Below, piece by piece: positions 1-8,008 of a DNA stretch of 27,656 nucleotides; within the stretch, counting starts at the first letter, position 1, and each line of letters opens with the position of its first letter. Source of the stretch: a virus (taxonomy: Duplodnaviria > Caudoviricetes); the IMG/VR virus record IMGVR_UViG_3300020045_001414, positions 1 to 27,656 of that record. One strand, given 5' to 3'. Position numbers and translations under genes: made by a program. The notes below the pieces were generated by a model. It was not told where the DNA came from. It saw nothing but the letters and a program-made list of their open reading frames with translations, and ran no database searches.

Positions 1-2
1 CA

Positions 3-260
3 GATGTGTCACGCTTGGATGCTGAGCTTGGAAACATGGCCATGGCTTTGTATGCGGCTCACATTCTCAAGTTGTCCACAACATCATCCAGTGGCGCCAG
101 TGGATCGGTCAAGATGGAAAAAGAGGGCGACTTACAGCGAAGCTATAGCACCGTTAAAGGCGCTGATACCTTGCTTGGGTCTACCTCATATGGCCTTCAA
201 TACTTGGACGTTACACGGCCCTCCTATGGCCTTGGAATCATGACGCGAGTGGAAATCTAA
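3..260 (+). CDS. Head-tail adaptor (DUF4054-like), 5'-truncated
   Basis: Frame open from window edge; LYAAHIL, SVKMEKEGDLQRSY and LGSTSYGLQYL motifs typical of this myophage adaptor family; first gene of neck module. Confidence 0.7.
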   Translation, partial: DVSRLDAELGNMAMALYAAHILKLSTTSSSGASGSVKMEKEGDLQRSYSTVKGADTLLGSTSYGLQYLDVTRPSYGLGIMTRVEI

Positions 261-718
261 TGGCACGAGTTATCGACCGTGATCTGGGTTGGAAAGCTAT
301 TAAGCGTGAAATGCTTAAGGCTAAAACGCTTGAGGTCGCTGTCGGTATTCTAGAAGGCGTCAAAAACGGCGAAGGTTTATCAATTGCTGAATATGCGGCA
401 GAGAATGAGTTTGGCACAAAATTTATTCCTGAACGCCCGTTTATGCGCACAGCATTTGACGAGTCTAAGGAAAAAATCAGCAAAGACATGATTACCCATG
501 GCAAGAGAATTGTAAATGGGATGTCAACAACTGTTGATGTATTGACAATCATTGGCCAGAGACAAGCATCGAGGATTCAGAATGTAATTACTGGACGTGA
601 TTTTTTGCCTAAATTATCACAAAGAACTATTGATGAAAAAAAAGGCAGCACCAAAACATTGGTGGATACATCTGCCATGGTTAATTCCATCCATATCTCA
701 GTAAGGGGAAGAACGTGA
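260..718 (+). CDS. Neck / tail-completion protein (HK97 gp10-like, virion morphogenesis)
   Basis: AAENEFGT..IPERPFMR and KGSTKTLVDT motifs; TAATG coupling to upstream gene. Confidence 0.75.
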   Translation: MARVIDRDLGWKAIKREMLKAKTLEVAVGILEGVKNGEGLSIAEYAAENEFGTKFIPERPFMRTAFDESKEKISKDMITHGKRIVNGMSTTVDVLTIIGQRQASRIQNVITGRDFLPKLSQRTIDEKKGSTKTLVDTSAMVNSIHISVRGRT

Positions 719-963
719 AAATTGCATTAGATAAACAGGCGCACTTCTTGAGTGGTGCGGTTATTGTGTTCGCACTTTATACCGCTGGATTAGGCCCATT
801 GGTTTATATGAGTGTCTGCATTTTGGCTGGTGTTCTTAAAGAGATTTATGACTATCAGCACAAAGATATTCATACGCCTGACGTTTTTGATGCCATAGCC
901 ACTATTTCAGGTGGCTTATTTGCTCATGGCTGGATTTTGCTTTCAGTGGTGTTCTTCAAATGA
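715..963 (+). CDS. Small membrane protein (DKxxH, VanZ/YfiM-like)
   Basis: DKQAHF, KEIYD, D..AT..GG motifs, about three hydrophobic segments; GTGA and ATGA overlaps with neighbours. Confidence 0.6.
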   Translation: MKIALDKQAHFLSGAVIVFALYTAGLGPLVYMSVCILAGVLKEIYDYQHKDIHTPDVFDAIATISGGLFAHGWILLSVVFFK

Positions 964-1346
964 GCTTTAGACAAACCTTTGACGTACTTCACGAAGCCGC
1001 TGGGTCGTATGTGTCTGGCGTATTTGTGCCGGGTGCAAAGTCAGCCACAACGATACAGGCCAGCGTACAACCTGTGACTGAGCAAGACTTAATCACTGCG
1101 CCAGAAGGTCGCCGCATTAGCGACATGGTGAAGATTTACACCGACACTGATTTACAGGTTGGCAATGATGGCACTGGCCTACAGCCTGACTTGGTGGTAT
1201 GGCGTGGTTACGCTTACGAGATTAGCTCGGTATCAGTCCGTCAAATGGGCGTTATTAGCCATTACAAGATTTTTGCAATTAGACGCATGGCAGCGCCAGC
1301 GGGTTACGCGGCTGCATGGGTCGCCGGTACACTTACACGAGGTTAA
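960..1346 (+). CDS. Head-closure / head-tail joining protein
   Basis: G.YV.G.F, ASVQP, PEGRR, KIYT, D.V.W.G..Y motifs; neck position. Confidence 0.7.
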   Translation: MSFRQTFDVLHEAAGSYVSGVFVPGAKSATTIQASVQPVTEQDLITAPEGRRISDMVKIYTDTDLQVGNDGTGLQPDLVVWRGYAYEISSVSVRQMGVISHYKIFAIRRMAAPAGYAAAWVAGTLTRG

Positions 1347-1349
1347 TAA

Positions 1350-1973
1350 ATGGCATCTAATATCAATGTAGCTATCCCGCCACTTGGCACCCCTACTACA
1401 GCGGGTGTTCGAGGTAATTTCTCAGTGGCTAAGACCGAGATTGAAGCTTTGCAATTGGCCCGCGTGCTTCGCTTGGCTTACCGCAACGAGATCACAGAAG
1501 GCTTTCAGCAATGCACTACCTCTGACGTAGCGCAGGTTGTAACGTTTAACACCGAGATTTTTAACCATCCTGCCGGGTCGTTTACTTGGGACTCGCTCAA
1601 TAGCGAGATCATCATTAATGAACCAGGTTGGTATGCTTGGCAGGTTAACCTACACATCACGCGCAAGGTGGCTACGTCTAACGTGAACTGGTCAATCTGG
1701 AGTCAGGTTAAAGAACCTCCAGCGGCTGTATTCAGTAACTATGTCGGCGCTGGTCGTAGTATGACTTTGATTCCTGACGCAACCAACAATAAGCACTTCC
1801 TGAGCTTTGGTTTCGATGTGCATACACCAGTGGCAGGTACTCGCATTCGCTTCATGCAAGCCACTTCTGATGCTTCCAAGCAAGTCGGCATTATCAGTTA
1901 CCCAGCGACAGGTGTTTACCCTTCAATGGCCGGTATCATGATGAGCATTCACCGATTGAGTGTTGAGGAATAA
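1350..1973 (+). CDS. Putative neck/collar fibre protein with C1q/BclA-like C-terminal beta-sandwich
   Basis: N-terminal anchor-like segment (VRGNFSVAKTEIEALQ), then VTFNTEIFN..GSF......I.INEPGWY pattern; RBS GAGG. Confidence 0.5.
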   Translation: MASNINVAIPPLGTPTTAGVRGNFSVAKTEIEALQLARVLRLAYRNEITEGFQQCTTSDVAQVVTFNTEIFNHPAGSFTWDSLNSEIIINEPGWYAWQVNLHITRKVATSNVNWSIWSQVKEPPAAVFSNYVGAGRSMTLIPDATNNKHFLSFGFDVHTPVAGTRIRFMQATSDASKQVGIISYPATGVYPSMAGIMMSIHRLSVEE

Positions 1974-1976
1974 ACC

Positions 1977-2162
1977 ATGCCAGCTAAACTACGATCTTGC
2001 ACCGTTAATGGTGAAAAAGGCTGGGCGTCTGATATTGGTGGCAAGTGCTTTACTGGCCCCGCTGCTCGTGAAAAAGCAGTGGCTCAGTTGCAAGCCATCA
2101 ACATCAGTAAAGCCAAAAAAGAGGGTGCTTCTTGGGCTGAAAAACTACCGTCTAAGAAATGA
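1977..2162 (+). CDS. Small basic hypothetical protein
   Basis: RBS GAGGA, 61 aa, ATGA overlap with next gene. Confidence 0.6.
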   Translation: MPAKLRSCTVNGEKGWASDIGGKCFTGPAAREKAVAQLQAINISKAKKEGASWAEKLPSKK

Positions 2163-2695
2163 ACGTAGCAACGCTTAAAACACGTCTTTACGCGCTGTTA
2201 CAGCCTATCATAGGCGGTACTGTCATTTGGGCAGATCAGAGCGTCACGCGCCCTGCTTTGCCGTTTAGCACGTTGCGTTTGGGTGTTATCAATCCCATTG
2301 GTGAACCTCACTATAGTGACGTAGATGCAAATGGCATTCAAACCGTCTTAGCCGTGCGTGAGTCAATCCTGACTGTGCAGCGTTTCGGTGTTGACTCGGT
2401 TGCGAGTCTTGAGAATGCTTCTGACTCACTGGCTAAAAACTCCAACTTGGATAAGTTCAGTTTGCAAAGCATTTCGGCTTTCGACGTTTCAAGCGTGACA
2501 GACGTTGCCGCTTTGCTCAATGGTATTTCAATCGAGCCTAGGGCAATGTTTGAATTGTCACTGCGCTGGATGGCAGACTTGACTGATAACGTTGGAGTAA
2601 TTGAGACTGTGATTAGTAACGGCGAGATTGGGCCTGATTTAACGGCCATTCAAGAGGTTTACACAATCAATTCAACGGTAGATACTACGCCATGA
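2159..2695 (+). CDS. Tail (neck) terminator protein
   Basis: VIWADQ...RP.LPF.TL N-terminus, E.RA.F.L motif; position before sheath. Confidence 0.7.
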   Translation: MNVATLKTRLYALLQPIIGGTVIWADQSVTRPALPFSTLRLGVINPIGEPHYSDVDANGIQTVLAVRESILTVQRFGVDSVASLENASDSLAKNSNLDKFSLQSISAFDVSSVTDVAALLNGISIEPRAMFELSLRWMADLTDNVGVIETVISNGEIGPDLTAIQEVYTINSTVDTTP

Positions 2696-2725
2696 AAAAA
2701 GCCCCTTAAAAAAGGGGCTTTGTTT
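2695..2725. terminator. Bidirectional rho-independent terminator
   Basis: AAAGCCCCTT-aaaa-AAGGGGCTTT inverted repeat with A and T flanks between convergent genes. Confidence 0.85.
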
Positions 2726-2969
2726 ATTGGTTCACCCACTCAATCGAATCAGTAGTAACCCAGCCCTGTTCGACTAGATCAATCGCCAGCATCTTGTTTG
2801 CCGTAAACATGAAGTAAAACCCAGCCAAACCAAAGGTTAGAAAGCAAATAATAGCGGGTACTGGCTGTTTACGAATAAGCAAAGCAATCCAGCCAAATAA
2901 AAACACCGTCCAGCTAAAGCCGTTTTTAACTTCTTTTTTAATACCGTTTTTTGTGAATGTTGTGTGCAT
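2724..2969 (-). CDS. Small membrane protein (DUF2628-like, GFSW motif)
   Basis: VKNGFSWTVFLFGWIALLIRK, two hydrophobic segments, AN....L...GW; start set at ATG 2969 just after upstream ORF stop. Confidence 0.65.
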   Translation of the reverse strand: MHTTFTKNGIKKEVKNGFSWTVFLFGWIALLIRKQPVPAIICFLTFGLAGFYFMFTANKMLAIDLVEQGWVTTDSIEWVNQ

Positions 2970-2977
2970 GATGTTGA

Positions 2978-3085
2978 TTACCAAAATTTAATAATGAAGT
3001 GAATGGATGCGTAAAGTCCTAGAATTGCGCCGGTTAAAGCAATCAAAATAACGATTTCAATTGCGGTGATTCCTTTTTGTTTCAT
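2978..3085 (-). CDS. 35-aa prepilin-type N-terminal cleavage/methylation peptide (not in ORF track)
   Basis: Manual translation MKQKGITAIEIVILIALTGAILGLYASIHFIIKFW; basic leader, G|xxxxE, hydrophobic helix; ATGA overlap with upstream stop and fills the gap exactly. Confidence 0.7.
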   Translation of the reverse strand: MKQKGITAIEIVILIALTGAILGLYASIHFIIKFW

Positions 3086-3264
3086 GGTTTTTCATGCATA
3101 TTTCTCAATGCGTTATAAATTACTGTTGATAGATCAACCCATGACGTATGGTTTTGAATTGCCTTAATTTCAATTGTTGACCCTCCTTCGTCAAACATAT
3201 CAATCACGGCCAATAAATCTGTGCCGTCGTAAATCTCGTATTTAACTGGGGTTGCGGTGATCAT
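3082..3264 (-). CDS. Hypothetical protein
   Basis: RBS AAGGA, ATGA overlaps on both sides. Confidence 0.6.
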   Translation of the reverse strand: MITATPVKYEIYDGTDLLAVIDMFDEGGSTIEIKAIQNHTSWVDLSTVIYNALRNMHEKP

Positions 3265-3542
3265 TGGTTTCCTTTGTTGATTAATTTAATTGCTTTTTCC
3301 ATAATCCTATTGTGTCTAATTGTCATGGGATTTGAGTTTGTAAGTTCCATGGCCATTAAACACGCTTCTTTATGTGAATTTTTACCACTGAAAAACTTAG
3401 TTCCTTCTTTTGCTTTCCATGAACCAAGGAACCCAGATAGATCATGAATTGTTACTTCATAACCTTCTTTTGATGCACTTAACACGTAATAAACACCGTC
3501 TTTTGATGTTTCAATTGCATAACCGTATAGGGTAATGCTCAT
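3261..3542 (-). CDS. Hypothetical protein
   Basis: 93-aa ORF tightly packed in antisense cassette. Confidence 0.6.
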   Translation of the reverse strand: MSITLYGYAIETSKDGVYYVLSASKEGYEVTIHDLSGFLGSWKAKEGTKFFSGKNSHKEACLMAMELTNSNPMTIRHNRIMEKAIKLINKGNQ

Positions 3543-3543
3543 T

Positions 3544-3783
3544 TCATTTCCCGGTTGCTTTGGCTATGGCTTTTATAGCTTTATTCCGAGTTAATCCAGT
3601 TCCAATGGGATCATTTATCATGTCTCGCAAAGCATCCAGCAAGTCTGGCGATGACGCAATAAGACGCGCATCAAGTGGATTTAGTGCCATTGCAACACCT
3701 TTCCCATCTTGGTTCACTATCCTCGTTTTTAAATACCACCCGCTTCCAGTAGATTCAACTTCCCAGTTTTGTTGTGTGTTCAT
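3544..3783 (-). CDS. Hypothetical phage early protein (ARLIA.(A/S)PDLL.AL family)
   Basis: DARLIASSPDLLDAL...AIAKATG motif common in phage early ORFs; RBS AAGGA. Confidence 0.7.
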   Translation of the reverse strand: MNTQQNWEVESTGSGWYLKTRIVNQDGKGVAMALNPLDARLIASSPDLLDALRDMINDPIGTGLTRNKAIKAIAKATGK

Positions 3784-3813
3784 TTCATTTTCCTTAGTTC
3801 GTTTGATAGATCA

Positions 3814-3825
3814 AGTGTAGCACAG
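3814..3825 (-). promoter_or_regulatory. Extended -10 early promoter motif CTGTGCTACACT
   Basis: TGnTACACT about 30 nt upstream of the 3783 start; motif recurs at 22019, 23420 and 24674. Confidence 0.6.
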
Positions 3826-3868
3826 CAAAACCAGACAATCACAATCTTTTTGCAACTATTTTCACATT

Positions 3869-3897
3869 TTGACATTGCATACACCGGGCTTTATAAT
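3869..3897 (+). promoter_or_regulatory. Perfect sigma70 promoter for tail operon
   Basis: TTGACA (3869-3874), 17-nt spacer, TATAAT (3892-3897), upstream of the sheath RBS. Confidence 0.85.
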
Positions 3898-3950
3898 CCG
3901 TCAAGCCATTGTGGCTACTTTTTGCAAAGAGTTTTTTAAAAGGAGCCTTC

Positions 3951-5282
3951 ATGGCGACACTTCAAGATATTGTTAACGTGAGCATTTCGCTCAATACAAC
4001 CGGCGTCGAGCGCGCCGATTTCGGGACGCCCATGATTGTCGGCCCGACAATGGCATTCGCAGCCCGTGTGCAGTCTTACACGCGCTATGACGATGCCGTA
4101 CTGGCTGGACTGCCTGAGCCAATGCTTAAGGCTGTACAAGCTGCATTCTCGCAAACGCCGCACCCACGTCAGGTCAAGGTCGGTCGCCGCAAGGTTGTCA
4201 CTGCCATTGTCAATATCGTGGCTGCAAACCTGACGACCTACACCATCACGGTCTCCGGTACTTCTCCCGAGGTTTACACCTTTACAAGCGATGCAAGCGC
4301 TACTGCTGCTGAAATTGCCACCGGCTTGGCGTTGACTATCACGTCTGACGCAAACGAAACCCTGACCGCTACCGTGGTTGGTGATACCGTTTCGCTGGCT
4401 TGGATTAGTCAATCTAATTTGCAAGGCGTTACGCTTGGCTCTAACCTGTCTTGGGGTGCTTTCACGACCGTCGATAGTGTGGCTCTGGACATGGCGGCTA
4501 TTGTGCTGGAAGACAACGCTTGGTATGGCTTGATTAGTTCTGACCGTACAAAACAAGTACAGCTTGATTTTGCCGCGTGGACTGAGACGCAAGAAAAGCT
4601 GTTCGGCATGGCCAGTGACGAAGCTGCCATTTTGACCAATGGCGTGGCCACTGACGTGATCAGTGTCATGAAGGATACACGCTATTACCGCACCTACGCG
4701 GCCTATAGTGCTAACGCTGCAACCCAGTACCCTGATGCTGCTTGGATGTCGGCGGTGTTTCCGTTGCAACCCGGTTCTGAGACTTGGGCGCTTAAGAAGC
4801 TCGGTGGCGTTACGCCTGACAAGCTGCCAGCGACTGACCGAAACACCATTCTCGGCAAGGGCGGTAACACTTTTGAGTATTACCAGACCCAGATCGCGCT
4901 TACCAATCCCGGTAAAGTGGCGGCAGGGGAGTGGATTGACGTTATCCGTGGCCGTGACTGGTTGAAAGATTTAATTCAGACCAATATGGTCATGATGATG
5001 ATTAATCGCGCTAAGGTGCCTTACACCGATGCGGGTATTCAACTTTGCGTCACTAATCTGCGTAAGTCTTTGCAGCAAGGCGTTTCTGTTGGTTATATTG
5101 CTCCAGATGAGATTGATGCCGATGGTAATACCGTTCCCGGATTTACTATCACCGCGCCTATCTCGTCAGAGATTGACCCATTGGTCAAAGCATCCCGCGT
5201 GTTGACACTTGGATTCTCGGCCCGTCTGGCTGGGGCAATCCATGTGGTTGATATCTCAGGAAACGTCAATTACGGCGAATAA
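3951..5282 (+). CDS. Tail sheath protein (DUF3383-like)
   Basis: IVNVSISL N-terminus, F.QTP.P....VGR, PGSETW..K.L.GV, G.WID...G.DW, KVPYTD.G, LAGAIH; RBS AAGGAG before ATG 3951. Confidence 0.9.
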   Translation: MATLQDIVNVSISLNTTGVERADFGTPMIVGPTMAFAARVQSYTRYDDAVLAGLPEPMLKAVQAAFSQTPHPRQVKVGRRKVVTAIVNIVAANLTTYTITVSGTSPEVYTFTSDASATAAEIATGLALTITSDANETLTATVVGDTVSLAWISQSNLQGVTLGSNLSWGAFTTVDSVALDMAAIVLEDNAWYGLISSDRTKQVQLDFAAWTETQEKLFGMASDEAAILTNGVATDVISVMKDTRYYRTYAAYSANAATQYPDAAWMSAVFPLQPGSETWALKKLGGVTPDKLPATDRNTILGKGGNTFEYYQTQIALTNPGKVAAGEWIDVIRGRDWLKDLIQTNMVMMMINRAKVPYTDAGIQLCVTNLRKSLQQGVSVGYIAPDEIDADGNTVPGFTITAPISSEIDPLVKASRVLTLGFSARLAGAIHVVDISGNVNYGE

Positions 5283-5292
5283 GGAATAAAAA

Positions 5293-5721
5293 ATGGCAAC
5301 TACTTACGACCCAACTAAACTCACCGTTATTGTCGGTGGCGTTATCGTCTCTGGCTTCATTGATGGCGACTTTATCACTGCAAAACGTGACGAAGACCTG
5401 TACATGAAGCGCGTGGGCGCTGATGGCCATGTCGCCCGCGCCCGCAATGGCAATAAGTCAGGCTCGATTGAAATCAAGCTACTCCAAAGCTCGCCAGCGG
5501 TTAACGAGCTGTCTGCACTGGTGGCGCTTGATAACTTCCTGTTTGATGGTGACATCTTGATTCCAATTCAGATCGTGTCGCCGGGTGATGGCGCTGAGCT
5601 GGTGGTATCTACTCAGTCGTGGCTCAAGTCTGCACCTGAAATTGTCTTCGGCAAAGAAGTCGGCGAACGGTCATTTATCTTTGATTGTGCTGACTTGAAA
5701 CTGTCGCTGTCCGGATCCTAA
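5293..5721 (+). CDS. Tail tube protein (DUF3277-like)
   Basis: TYDP, VGADG, G.I.I.LLQ.SP.N motifs; directly follows sheath; RBS AAGGA. Confidence 0.85.
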   Translation: MATTYDPTKLTVIVGGVIVSGFIDGDFITAKRDEDLYMKRVGADGHVARARNGNKSGSIEIKLLQSSPAVNELSALVALDNFLFDGDILIPIQIVSPGDGAELVVSTQSWLKSAPEIVFGKEVGERSFIFDCADLKLSLSGS

Positions 5722-5739
5722 TCTCTGGGGTGTGCGTTG

Positions 5740-5772
5740 GCCCGTCATGATTCGCTCTGACGGGCTTTTTTT
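5740..5772 (+). terminator. Rho-independent terminator after tube gene
   Basis: GCCCGTCA...TGACGGGC followed by T7. Confidence 0.8.
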
Positions 5773-5807
5773 CGTATAATTAGAGCGCACACAACTTAGG
5801 ATTAAAA

Positions 5808-5891
5808 ATGACTGATAAAGCAACTGAAGGTTCTGGATTTGCAATAGAAGGCGATGGTTATGCAATTGATTTAAATCCATTGTTTATTTAA
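5808..5891 (+). CDS. Putative 27-aa micro-ORF
   Basis: MTDKATEGSGFAIEGDGYAIDLNPLFI; AGGA RBS, TATAAT at 5775-5780, stop abuts RBS of next gene. Confidence 0.4.
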   Translation: MTDKATEGSGFAIEGDGYAIDLNPLFI

Positions 5892-5899
5892 GGAAAACC

Positions 5900-6358
5900 A
5901 TGCACCCAGAAACAATCATCATCGGCCAGTCTGAATATACGGCCATGAAAATGAATGCGTTCGACGCTAACAAGATTCTGTTGCGTTTGAACAAGGTTAT
6001 TTTGCCTGTCATTGGTGGACTGACAAAAGGAAAAGGCTCTGTCAACTTGCTAGATGCTGATTTGAGTGAGGTAACTAATATCCTTGCTGAAAATCTCACT
6101 GAAGAGGTTATGGATTCGATTGTGTTCCCGATGTTTGCGAACTCGCGGGTTTACTTTCTTGAAAAGAAGATTTTCATTAAAGATGCGATGGGTGTAAATA
6201 TGGCATTCACAGCTGATAACCTGTTTGATTTTTATGAATTGATCTGGGAGGTTCTTAAATTGAACTTTGCAGTTTTTTTCAAAAAAGCGGCGGGGAACTT
6301 TGGGAGCCTAACCGCCGGGGCTCAAACTCAAGCTGCGAAAAGTCTCCCGGTAAATTAA
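5900..6358 (+). CDS. Tail assembly chaperone (gpG equivalent)
   Basis: Between tube and tape measure; EVLKLNFAVFF end motif; slippery site T TTT TTC. Confidence 0.8.
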   Translation: MHPETIIIGQSEYTAMKMNAFDANKILLRLNKVILPVIGGLTKGKGSVNLLDADLSEVTNILAENLTEEVMDSIVFPMFANSRVYFLEKKIFIKDAMGVNMAFTADNLFDFYELIWEVLKLNFAVFFKKAAGNFGSLTAGAQTQAAKSLPVN

Positions 6359-6528
6359 GAGCAGATTTAGAGTCTGAATTGTGGATATGGCGTCCGATAT
6401 TGGCAAGGAAAACCACTATCACAGAGGTGAAAAGTGGTTTTTGTAGCGTTGAAGATTTGATGAAATTGAATGCTTTAATGGATATGCAAGATGCCTACCA
6501 AGACCAGGCTATGAAAACGAAAGATTGA
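6274..6528 (+). CDS. -1 frameshift extension of tail chaperone (gpGT equivalent)
   Basis: In-phase T TTT TTC at 6274-6280; -1 frame open 6259-6528 encoding ...ELWIWRPILARKTTITEVKSGFCSVEDLMKLNALMDMQD..., ending 4 nt before TMP. Confidence 0.7.
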   Translation, partial: FFQKSGGELWEPNRRGSNSSCEKSPGKLRADLESELWIWRPILARKTTITEVKSGFCSVEDLMKLNALMDMQDAYQDQAMKTKD

Positions 6529-6532
6529 ATAT

Positions 6533-8008
6533 ATGGCAGTTGTTAGAGAGTTGATTACCCGTTTGGGCTTTGGTGTTGACCAAGGTAGCCTTAACCGTGC
6601 CGAAAGCTCTATTAACAAACTGTCAGGTATGCTGTCGGGCTTGGCTGCGTTCGCTTCGCTTAGGGCGCTGGCCGCTGTTGGCGATTCGATGCAGTCACTG
6701 GAGGCGCGTATTGGAATGCTGCCTCAAACTATTGGTGATGTTGGCGTGGCCTTTGACACTATCGCCGGTCGCGCATCAAATGCAAAGCAATCAATAGACG
6801 CATATGGCGCTTTTTACGTCAAGGCTGGTAATGCCACACAGGACTTTATTAAGACTCAGGAAGAGCTTTTAAACATCGTTGACGGGGCTGCATTTGGATT
6901 GTCTGCTAGTGGCGCTAGCGCTGTTGAGCAATCGCAGGCGTTTTTCCAACTTGGCCAAGCCATCGGCTCGCCTATTGTTCAAATGGAGGAGATGAATACT
7001 CTGATCGACGTAGCGCCTGATCTATTCCGAGAGCTCGGCAAGCAAATTCCGGGCGCTGAAGGCAACCTGAAAAAGTTCATCGGCACGGGCAAAGTTACCG
7101 GGAAAATGCTAGCTGAAGGATTGACAAAAGCGGCTGTAATTTTTGAAGACAAGATGCGCAAAATGCCAATGACAATTGGCACAGCGACAACTTTAATTGG
7201 TAACGACTTTAAAAAGATGGTGGCGCGTCTTAATCGTGAGTCTGGAGTTATTACTGGTATAGCTGAGTTCATGGCAAATGGATTTAAGAAGATTGAAACC
7301 AAGTTCAATGAATTTATTACGTTCGTAGGCGGCGGAACTAACGCATTGAAGGTGTTTGGCATCGCATTGCTTGCATTGTTTGGCCCAATGGCATTGGGTG
7401 GACTTTTAAGCATCCTAGGAGCTATTCTGTCACCCGCTGGCCTTGTCGTGGCTTCGCTTGTATTGCTTGGCTTAGCCATTGATGATATTTACACATACAT
7501 GCAAGGTGGTCAGTCTCTGTTTGGTGATTTCCTTAATAGCCTTAAAAAAGGTAACTTGCTAACCATTGGAATAACTACCGCTTTGGTAGGCCTGACGGCT
7601 CAATTTGCTTATGTGGCTATTGCTTATGCTGCAATGTGGGCAAAAATGCGTATTACAGCCATGATTGAAGGTGCCAAGGTACTTGCTATCCAATTGGCGG
7701 CAATGGGGCCGACTGGATGGGCTATTGCTGCTGGTGCTGGCATTGCTTTGGGGGCAGCTTACTTGCTTAATAAATCCAATGATGTCGGCTTGCCAAAGGT
7801 AGGTCCAGGCAGCGTTACGCCAGCAACCATGTTGCCTAACCTTGCTCCAGCTTCACCGACTAGCAATACGGTACACCAAACAAACAATTTCACTATGCCA
7901 CCGGGTACGCCACAATCTCACATTAATTTGCTTGAAACTGGGGTTGTCAATATCTTGGGTCAAGGTAATGACAAGCTGGCGCGTGATATGAACTCAATGG
8001 GTAACTAA
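6533..8008 (+). CDS. Tape measure protein
   Basis: RELITRLGF.VD start, tape-measure core (FQLGQAIGS..VQMEEMN), Ala/Gly-rich hydrophobic helices; synteny. Confidence 0.88.
   Translation: MAVVRELITRLGFGVDQGSLNRAESSINKLSGMLSGLAAFASLRALAAVGDSMQSLEARIGMLPQTIGDVGVAFDTIAGRASNAKQSIDAYGAFYVKAGNATQDFIKTQEELLNIVDGAAFGLSASGASAVEQSQAFFQLGQAIGSPIVQMEEMNTLIDVAPDLFRELGKQIPGAEGNLKKFIGTGKVTGKMLAEGLTKAAVIFEDKMRKMPMTIGTATTLIGNDFKKMVARLNRESGVITGIAEFMANGFKKIETKFNEFITFVGGGTNALKVFGIALLALFGPMALGGLLSILGAILSPAGLVVASLVLLGLAIDDIYTYMQGGQSLFGDFLNSLKKGNLLTIGITTALVGLTAQFAYVAIAYAAMWAKMRITAMIEGAKVLAIQLAAMGPTGWAIAAGAGIALGAAYLLNKSNDVGLPKVGPGSVTPATMLPNLAPASPTSNTVHQTNNFTMPPGTPQSHINLLETGVVNILGQGNDKLARDMNSMGN

Noticed and set aside
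3936-4769. 277-aa antisense ORF within sheath, and other shadow ORFs over TMP, spikes and helicase
   Set aside because: Fully overlap well-supported genes on the opposite strand or frame; explained by codon bias
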